Shown one piece after another: positions 55,209-64,000 of a DNA stretch of 64,000 nucleotides. A model generated the notes under the pieces. That model saw only the letters and a program-made list of their open reading frames with translations, made no database searches and was not told where the DNA came from. Each line of letters begins with the position of its first letter. The stretch's first letter is position 1. Origin of the DNA: Octopus sinensis (Eukaryota); assembly GCF_006345805.1 (NCBI RefSeq), contig NC_042997.1, positions 109,616,001 through 109,680,000 of the forward strand, given 5' to 3'. The translations under genes and the position numbers were made by a program.

Positions 55209-55740
55209 CACTGTAGTTCGATGGAGAAATAGAACTCAATCAATATTATCAAGATTATATGTGTTTTTATTTCTGTTGCCAACGGCAGAGTGGTTAGAAC
55301 GCCGCAAAGATTGCTTTGCGTTCCGGATTTCTATGTTCCGGGTTCAACTCCTACCAAGATCAATTTTGTATTTCGTCCTTTCAGGGTTGATAAAATATAA
55401 CACGATTCAAGTGCTGGGATCGATTCTTCTCTTTCTCTCACTTTTTATATTTGTCTGACATTGTCGATTTCTGGAAGAGACTGGACAGGAATAATGAGTT
55501 CCCATATCTAAACATGCCCAAGACATGCCGTATGCTAGGAGGGCGCCCTCTACCGCTACATAAACGAATTAAGGACCCATAGCTTGGCATGGGATATTTT
55601 TCACTCACTTGAATAGTTTTATAGATTACTAAATAAACACATACAGACATTCATGCATGTGTGTGAATGTAAGAGAACTGAAATTGAATTGAGCGTTACC
55701 TACCTGTCAGACGAGGTCAAATTTTGTTCTGTGACAGATT
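54975..55740. repeat. ~105 bp local direct repeat (54975-55082 and 55640-55740)
   Basis: Both copies read acagacattcat.catgtgtgtga..gt.agagaac.gaaattgaattgagcgttaccta.c.gtcaga.gaggtcaaattttg..ctgtgacaga. Confidence 0.85.
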
Positions 55741-55799
<59 letters not shown>

Positions 55800-56040
55800 C
55801 CCTCCTACTTTTAATTATTTGAAATCTTCTTGTAAGTAAGTAGTTGGTTTCTAACAAAGATACAAATCTCCATCGTTGGAATGAATATATTTAAAAGCAT
55901 GTAATGTATGTTTGTAGGCATCTACTTTTATGTACGTGTTTTTCTTTGAGTTTTATTTAAATTCTTCTCGAAGAAAGTCCAAGTCGGTTGCTATCAAAGT
56001 GACAAGACTTTTGTTTTAGTTAAGAGAGTTCCTGGTATTT

Positions 56041-56308
56041 ACATTATTTACATTTGACGGGTATTTGTCCTCATCTTGTTTGTTGTTAGCACAACGTTTC
56101 GGCTGATATATCTTCCAGCCTTCATCAGGTGTCTTGGGGAAATTTTGAACCTGGGTCCTCATTCCTAAGGTTTGAAATTTCCCCAAGACACCTAACGAAG
56201 GCTGGAGGGTATATCAGCCGAAACGTTGTGCTAACAAACAAGATGAGTTCAAATAACCGTTAAATGTAAATAATGTACATAATTCCTCATCTCTTAAATA
56301 TAGAACTG
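56041..56308. mobile_element. Family H1 fold-back element: two inverted arms, each with a hammerhead-like core
   Basis: Arms 56041-56151 and 56169-56277 are reverse complements (17 nt spacer); flanked by a ~12 bp direct repeat ttcctggtattt. Confidence 0.85.
56088..56133 (-). ncRNA. Minimal type I hammerhead ribozyme-like motif, intact core
   Basis: Minus strand: gacac-CTGATGA-a-GGCTG-gaagatatat-CAGCC-GAAACGTT-gtgct; stem I CAC/GUG, 5 bp stem II, palindromic AACGUU. Confidence 0.7.
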
Positions 56309-56771
56309 TATTTCCTGGTATTTGTTGATATGTGGCTGAGCTGGTGTTGGTTGATCTTTTTAACTAATCTCTGATGGATAATCTTTAGAATGTCTTACAA
56401 ATCTTCGCTGCGCCACTAATAGATTGGATTTGCAGAATCCGCATTAGTCTCTTTTGCTCTCTCTTTGGAAATTCCAGTACTCTTAGTATTATTTGCGCAA
56501 ATTTGGAGCTTCATAGCCGAATGCATTTATGATGATAGGTGCAAATGAGAGCTTATGGTCAGGGTGCAAAGAGCTGTAAGTCCCGCATTAATTCACCATA
56601 AATGTTCTCTTTTTTTTTCTGGACTTTTGTTTGTACATTCACTTCTAATCAAATGGTTCCGGGTTCAGTACCACTGCATGGCACCTTGGGCAAGTGTCTT
56701 CTACTATAGCCTCGGGCCAACCAAAGCCTTTTGAGTGGATTTGGTAGACGGAAACTGAAAGAAGCTTGTCG

Positions 56772-56818
<47 letters not shown>

Positions 56819-57834
56819 CCGTTTGATCCCCCTCCATCGCTTGACAACTGATGCAGATGTGTCTACGTCTCCGTAACTTAGCAGTTCAGCAAAAGAGACC
56901 GATAGAATAAGTACTAGGCTTACAAAGAATAAGTCATGCATGGTTGCAGTCAAATGACTGAAACAAATAAAAGAACCCATTTGGCTGCTAATCCCTACAG
57001 CAGTTCATGATTTTTGTTCCCTCCCACAGAACAATATTAGGTCTGTTTTATATATATATATATGTGCGTGTGTGTGTTATAACTTATTCTGGCCAATACA
57101 AGTATTCCAGTTAGAATCGTAAATACTTATATGTTCTTAGATCTCCGTAATTGATGGATAATTAAAGTATGAATTAGGAGTGACATGTAGAATTTGGTGG
57201 AATGACAGAATAGGTAGATCATCGCACAATATGCTTTGTCTTAATTTAGGTTTACCAATATTCTGAGTTCAAATCCCATCGTGATCTTCTTTACCTTTCA
57301 TTCTCCTGAGTTCGATAAAATAACCCTGTTACTGGAGTACCACTAGGTTCTACCCTCCGCTCCTCCGAAATGTCTGGCCTGTTGCCAACGTAAGAAACTG
57401 CTATATTTCTTTCATAGAGCTATTTTAATCATCTTAATTAACTAATTAGTGATGAAAGTTCCATCAATTATTGAAGTATTTGGACAATTAATTAAGAAGC
57501 TAATTTTTGTAGAGATAATGATAGCTAAATGAACAGAGCAGAATATATTACTGGTATTTAATTTATCAGCCATATTCTATTGACTGTCTTATTCAGCTAC
57601 AGGATCAGTGGTCTTCGGAATGAAAACGAGTTTCTTTGGAGTAAAAACAAATATCTATGTGGGATTTGATCTCCGAACTGCTGACACGAAGTTACATACT
57701 ACAAAACATTTAATACATCATAAGACCGGTGTTGAACCCGGTTTCCAAAGCATATCAATAACTGAGATTACAGCACACCCTCCTGAACGGGTCGCCTGCG
57801 CATTGTAAGGTTAACTTCCCAGCAGTCGGTGCGA

Positions 57835-57930
57835 CCCATTTACGGCTGAGTGGACTGGAGCAACGTGAAATAAAGTGTTTTGCTCAAGAACGCAGCGCAC
57901 CGCCCAGTCCGGGAATTGAAATCACGATCT
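57835..57930 (-). mobile_element. tRNA-derived SINE fragment (third SINE type)
   Basis: Minus strand: gatttcaattcccggactggg (B-box-like), then ttcttgagcaaaacactttatttcacgttgctccagtccactcagc core. Confidence 0.55.
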
Positions 57931-59469
57931 CTACCTTCACACTTTCACACAAGACTTTTAACTAAAATACTCCAAAGATTGGTTCTACTATGGTGAGATT
58001 CGATCTCTGAACCTCGAAAAAAGGAGATTGAATACTGCAAGATACCGAGTCGGATGCTCCACTGACTTTGCTACCCTGCTTCTACCGAAATATCAGTAAC
58101 ATTTTATTGCAAGTTTATTTAGAAGATCGGAATCACTTGACAGAAATATTCTTTTAATTCTATTTCTTTAATTCAACGTTATCCCAACATCTTTCCCACC
58201 ACGACCATCCCCTCCTCCTTCTCATCCTCGGTGGCAATCAAACAAGTTCTTTTCAATATTAACAAATAAAAATCAACTTTTACAAAAAAAAAAAAAAAGA
58301 ACAAACTGGGAAACAGAAAAAACAAAACAAACAAACAAAAACCTGAAGAATCTATAGAAAAACGACGCAGAGGAATGCTCACATGCGAGAAACAAGCAGA
58401 AGGAAAGGGGTGGAGATGGCGGCGGGGGGAGTTTGCCAAATAAAAACGGAGAAGAAAAGAAAAAGAACAAAACAAAAAGCAAAAACAAAAAAGAGAAATG
58501 AATTATAGTCTGAATATGGTTTTTTTTTGTTTTATTTTTCGTTATTTAGTTGTTGTTTTTTTTCCTTTTTTTTTTGTATTGAGTGTTTTCTTTGTAATGA
58601 ACCGCCAAACTAAAAGTTAATTTCTTGTCATGACGATATCGCGAAGAGATGTCTCAGAGAATTTGGCTTTTTACGACATTTAATTCCTTCACTCCTCTCA
58701 CTGCTACTCTGGCTTCTGCTGCTGTTGTTGTTGTTGCTGTTGTTTCTAAAATTCTTTAGGACAGAAATTCGTTTTCTCTTCGTCTCCTTCTTCATACAAG
58801 AGAGTACGATTAATTAAATAAAATCAACTGAGAAATTCATGAGACAACAGCAGCGGCACTTCTAATTATTTTATCACTCATGCCGCTCTTCCCCACTACC
58901 ATCACCACCACCACCACCACTGTGGAATTAAACAGTATGTTTTATAAAGAAAGGTTGTATAAGCACGATAGCATTTATACCAAGTTGCCATTTTAATAGT
59001 TTTAAATTTAAATTTTATTAAATTGAAGAAAAAGAGTGTGTGTATATGTATGTAGGAATTCGCCTTTATGCGTTTGAGCACACACCATATTTTGCGGTAT
59101 ATGGGACTCCTGCCGCCCCGTGAAACTCCGGATTCTATATGCGAAGTTAAGCCACGAATTTTGTCCCTGCTGCTCATTTCCTTCTGATTATACTCAGCAG
59201 AAAGTAGGGTACGTCAAGTTTTGCCCTTGTCTCTTCTATCCTATCAAACACGGTATTTGTGTTTGCGAGATGTACATACGCACACACTGGGTTTATACAA
59301 TGAAATTGTCTTTCGTTTAATTATTCAACAGTGAAAATACATGTTATCATAACCAGTTTAAAACCTGTCTTATGACTTAGACACATTTTGAAGAGATATC
59401 TACTAAACCTTTATAGGAATTCCATATATATATATATATATATAAACAAAAACCTGTGTAAGACGTGTC

Positions 59470-59578
<109 letters not shown>

Positions 59579-61223
59579 TTTACTAAAGTATCAGTGACGT
59601 CATTACAAAAACGCATTAATAACCTTCGGATTTCATTAGCTTATTTCTCATTGATGAGGTTGAAATGGTGGTTACCAAAGCTATGATGTAATTATTGTTG
59701 TTTAACCCCAGGTCAAACCTAATTGTGCAAACCTGTTACCAACGATTGCTCCAGAAATGACCATTCTATCTGTTGAGAGAGTTCTAGATCTAAATTATCT
59801 CTATTCTTCCCCTTCTTACGACAGTAAGCTGCAATTTGTGGAATATTTGGTTGCTATTTCTTACAGGATCAACTTGCAAGGAATAGCAACCACATTGAAC
59901 CAACGGGGGTGGGGGATCTCCCCTTGTCTTCGATATATTTTTGTTGCTCAGCCGTTGGTCGCCTCATGATTGAGTGGTCTTATTATAACAAAAGTTGTTC
60001 TATCCGTGACCATCCCGTCCTTTTTTAAAACAGTGACTACATAGTCCAATGTATCCGTCATTTAAGACCCTAGATAGTGTATGATTCGATAAAGATTTGG
60101 CTGTTTTTTCTAGCAGGTGGATTAGCCCCGTAAAGGTTCCTTCGCACCCGCTCCGATAATCAGTCTCACTTCCAAATGTATTTTCGGATGTAAAGCGAAA
60201 GCTGTTGGTTAAGAAAGGTTAGCAGGAAGGAAAGTTGTGCGTGCCGAGGTCCATAGTAAACTCGACACAAACTGTTGTTGAGAAAATTTAGTCAAGATGG
60301 GTTCGAAAGAGACGGAAGGAAAATCGTTATATGTGAGAACAATAACGAAGGTGAATCGCTAACAAATTCTAACGGCATTGGCCATTAATTATAGGAGGAA
60401 TATTTATTAAAAATATAATAGAAACGATAGTTTCTACCTGAGATGGGTTATTAATGGAATATAATCTCAAAACTAACGCAGGAAAAAAAAAACCTGGAGC
60501 TTTTGCGTTAATTCTTGTAAAATCTGGTGCGGATTAGATGAAAGAATGATGTCTTAAGAGAGGCTTGAAAAAATGAAATCCAGCTGTGCACGGATTAGTT
60601 GGTGGCGTGTTAGGTTTTACGGCAGACATGACACTTCTACGATATTTATGTAAGACGTTAAGCAAATGAAACTCAGTTTTAGGATATTATTTGGAGTGGA
60701 AACAGAAGGGCGACGGGGGGAGCGCTGTTAGTTTTAGTCAAAGTGTTTGTTCTGTGTAATGGTTTTTAGTGTAAACCGAAACCCTAACCGAAAAGGTGTG
60801 TAGCTTTAACCTTTAATCCCAACAGGCTTACTGTTTTTTTTTCTACAACGACTCGATTAAAAAAAAAATTTCAAAGAGCAAAATTCAAAGAGAAAAGAAA
60901 AACAAAAAGAAACCCCTAAAACCCAAACGTTCTTGTATGTTTTAGGAGCATCTTTGAAGAAGTGTAGCGTCCTTTAGATGATGTTTGGTAGAGGTGGGGA
61001 GAGGGGAGAAACGGGGCAGATGTGTGTGGTTGCGAGGGAATGTGTGTGGACAAGTGTGTGTGTGTGCATAAGGAGAGAGGGACGGGGTAGGCAAACAGAC
61101 AGACGTAAGTTAGACAAAATGAAGGAGAAAGTCAGGTAGACGAAGGGGGACAGACAGACTGATAGGGAAGATAGATAGATAGATAGATAGGGAAGATAGA
61201 GAGATTGATAAATAGATAGAGAG

Positions 61224-61259
<36 letters not shown>

Positions 61260-62984
61260 TGAGAGATGGCGAGGGTGTTTGGTCGTCTGCTACAAATCTT
61301 GTGATGTTCGCGTGAGGAGGGTGTTTCCATATGTAAACTAATATTTTTCTTACCCAAAATAATCAGAAAGTCTCTTTATATTCTTCATTAAGTTCTTACC
61401 AATGAATCACTTTATTCTACCGACGCTGCACACTGACAGCTTCTGTAGCCAACAACAACAACAACAACAACATACTATGTCAAATCTTGCTACCATCTTA
61501 TTTTAGGTGGTGGGGAATAACTTTAGAATGGTAGAAACTAAATTTGGGATGGGGTTTATAAGTCTTCGAGGAATTATGAAATAGCTGTAGTAGTTTAGTT
61601 CTCATGTCTGCTCTGAGCAAAACTATAATTTAAAGGCAATCCGCCATTTTGGCCATTTTGCATTTTTTCAGGGTATCTCAGCCAGCGGTTGTCAGCCTTT
61701 TTAATACCCGGACCAAATCCAAGACCCATATTTTTTTAAGGGGTCGAACAGTAAAACACAAGTCAAAGAAAAATTTGTTTATTTGTCGGGGGTCGCTGTA
61801 AGAATGGTTGAGGCCTTGGAAGCTGCGGTTGAGAATCGCTGATCCAGGATGACAATATCTAACGTGTCTTACCCATTTTAAGTCGGTGTTTAATTTATAA
61901 TAGATTTGGCTGGCTGTTATGATTAGCAGGTCTAGTGACCTACATGAAGGGGGTCTGTCTGAGGCTTGTTATGGTTCTGCCCTCGTACATTTAATTACGA
62001 GATTTCTATCACTAAAATACCAAATCTTTTCTACGGAATTGTTTTGTTTTTGGTCAATTTATTAACAGGATGGTATGTAAGTAACTATAAGCTGTGTGAC
62101 AGTGGCGGTGGGGTTCCTTAAGAGAGCTGTGTTAAAGGTTTTGCCCAAGGAACAAAGAAGTGTTGTTCTTTGTGCGCAGTGTGATACGAACGCACAGCCT
62201 ACCTGTTAATGCATTTTATAAAAGATAATGTCTTCTGATTGTTCCATAACCTTTGTTCCTGTGGTTTGGATAAGCAAAACAATCCTACTGTTTTCAAGGC
62301 GCTATAATCCTGTAATACATTTACATAGCTATTTTACTGTTATTCCTACCAAACCAACATTCACTGTTCAAACCTGCATTTCTTCGTTTTATCCAAGCAT
62401 GCACCAGAGAGCAAGTTTCAGTGCAGTCGTTTAGGCAGAGGGAAATAACAACCAAATCGCCCTCAAATCATCTTAAATAAAGAAAGGGACATTGGACAAT
62501 ATAATTCCGGATGTATATATATATATATAAAGGTGTGGCGGTCACGGATGAAACTATTTCGACCACCACCACCAACAACAACAACAGCTATAATATCATC
62601 AGTTAAGAAAGCCACCGAACCTTTGTGAGGTCGATCAAGTGTATTGCTAGCTGCGACATGGATTTCACACTATATGTAAAGAACCTTTGAAAAATCCAGT
62701 TTTATTTTCTTGGGTTTCGATCGAAAAGAACCGAAAGTAATGAGGTTAGTGAATCCTTTAGGATTCTAGAAGAAGAGCGAAGTTAGATCGATCGGTCAAT
62801 AAGTTTCTGTCTAACGAATGACTCACATGTTTATAGATGACTGACGAAATAACGGACAACAACGAGATACAAATTGATTTAAAGATCTCTTTCGATATCC
62901 TGAACGGATATTACGTAATTCATGTATGTAGAATTACACACACGCGCGCGCACGCACATCTCTCTCTCTCTCTCTCTCTCTCTG

Positions 62985-63019
<35 letters not shown>

Positions 63020-63023
<4 letters not shown>

Positions 63024-63559
63024 GGGGTTAGTCAAAAAGTTATGCCATTTTGTTTAGGACAGGTATAATTACCAACACACAAACATGAATCATACATCAA
63101 AATGAAGCTGGTCCTCTGGATCACATCCCTACTTCTCAACATAGTCACCGTTTTTCTCAATAGCAATGTTCCACCTTCGAAAGAGAGCATGTATCCCTGC
63201 CCCGTAAAATTCTGTTGACTGTTCTTTGAGCCACTTCTTCACTACAGTTTTCACTTCGTCATCACTGGGTTATCATCTCTTCGGCCCCATGAAAGAGGGT
63301 TTGAGAAGCAAACATTATTCCAGTGAGGAGAAAGTGAAAACTGTAGTGAAGAAGTGGCTCAAAGAACAGTCAACAGAATTTTATGGGGCAGGGATACATG
63401 CTCATTCGAAGGTGGAATATTGAGAGAAACGGTGACTACGTTGAGAAGTAGGGATGTGATCCACAGAGAACCAACTTCATTTTGATGTATGATACATATT
63501 TGTGTGTTGGTAATTATACCTGTCCTAAACAAAATGGCATTACTTTTTGACTCACCCTC

Positions 63560-63560
<1 letters not shown>
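63020..63560. mobile_element. Mariner-derived fold-back element built from two inverted copies of the transposase 3' end and right TIR
   Basis: 63020-63268 is the reverse complement of 63320-63560; the plus strand from ~63270 encodes YHLFGPMKEGLRSKHYSSEEKVKTVVKKWLKEQSTEFYGAGIH..NGDYVEK* (mariner C-terminus); TA flanks within (TA)n. Confidence 0.9.
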
Positions 63561-63606
<46 letters not shown>

Positions 63607-63609
<3 letters not shown>

Positions 63610-63770
63610 GGGGGGAGAATTCACAAAAAACAAACAAGAGACGGAGACAGGTGCTGTAGAAAAGAAACAGATATATTAGTATAACGCTCGGGAAGTGAAA
63701 AAGTTTTTAAAATTTCAAGCCTACGCTCATCCACAGAAAGGACACACAAAGAAACAAGGAGAAAATACCA
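63607..63770 (-). mobile_element. Family H2 element, degenerate hammerhead core, abutting (TA)n
   Basis: Minus strand: tccttt-CTGTGGA-t-GAGC-gtag-GCTT-GAAA-tttt; body homologous to 13950-14157 and 43885-44068. Confidence 0.65.
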
Positions 63771-63784
63771 GTTTAGAAACTATA

Positions 63785-63821
<37 letters not shown>

Positions 63822-64000
63822 CGTATCCTGTTTTCTTACAGCGTGTACACATTATGTCTGGATGTATAAGTAAGCTATTATTCCTGTTTGTGCATATTGC
63901 CGTTATATCAGTCAGGTTTCATGTTGAAATGAGCGACTTGGTTCTTGTGGGTTAGTGTCGGGTGCTGGGTGTGTCCACGTTTCTATTTATCCGAATTGTG

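Overview
AT-rich, microsatellite-saturated animal DNA, most likely from an octopus or other coleoid cephalopod. That assignment is inferred from abundant OR1/OR2-like tRNA-derived SINEs and dense (TA)n, (CA)n, (TAA)n, (GATA)n, (GAA)n and (GAT)n arrays. Almost every ORF in the six-frame track is a translated microsatellite or a transposon fragment. The recognisable content is as follows. (i) A ~6.1 kb apparently full-length Tx1/L1-clade retrotransposon (minus strand: ORF1 with a CCHC knuckle; ORF2 with APE, RT and a zinc finger) sits inside a (GATA)n array, next to a second 5'-truncated copy in the same array. (ii) A ~10 kb cluster holds R4/Dong-like RLE retrotransposon pieces from several diverged families, mostly embedded in (TAA)n. 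(iii) Two multi-copy short non-coding element families carry minimal type I hammerhead-ribozyme-like cores of the Penelope-like-element kind; one forms a ~270 bp fold-back and the other always abuts (TA)n. (iv) There are Tc1, mariner, pogo/Tigger, hAT and Helentron-like remnants, including a 541 bp mariner fold-back, plus CR1/Jockey-type fragments. (v) There is one plausible, unidentified 162 nt host exon on the minus strand and a 100 N assembly gap. No complete host gene, rRNA, true tRNA gene or CRISPR array is supported. Repeat boundaries were read by eye and most are approximate.
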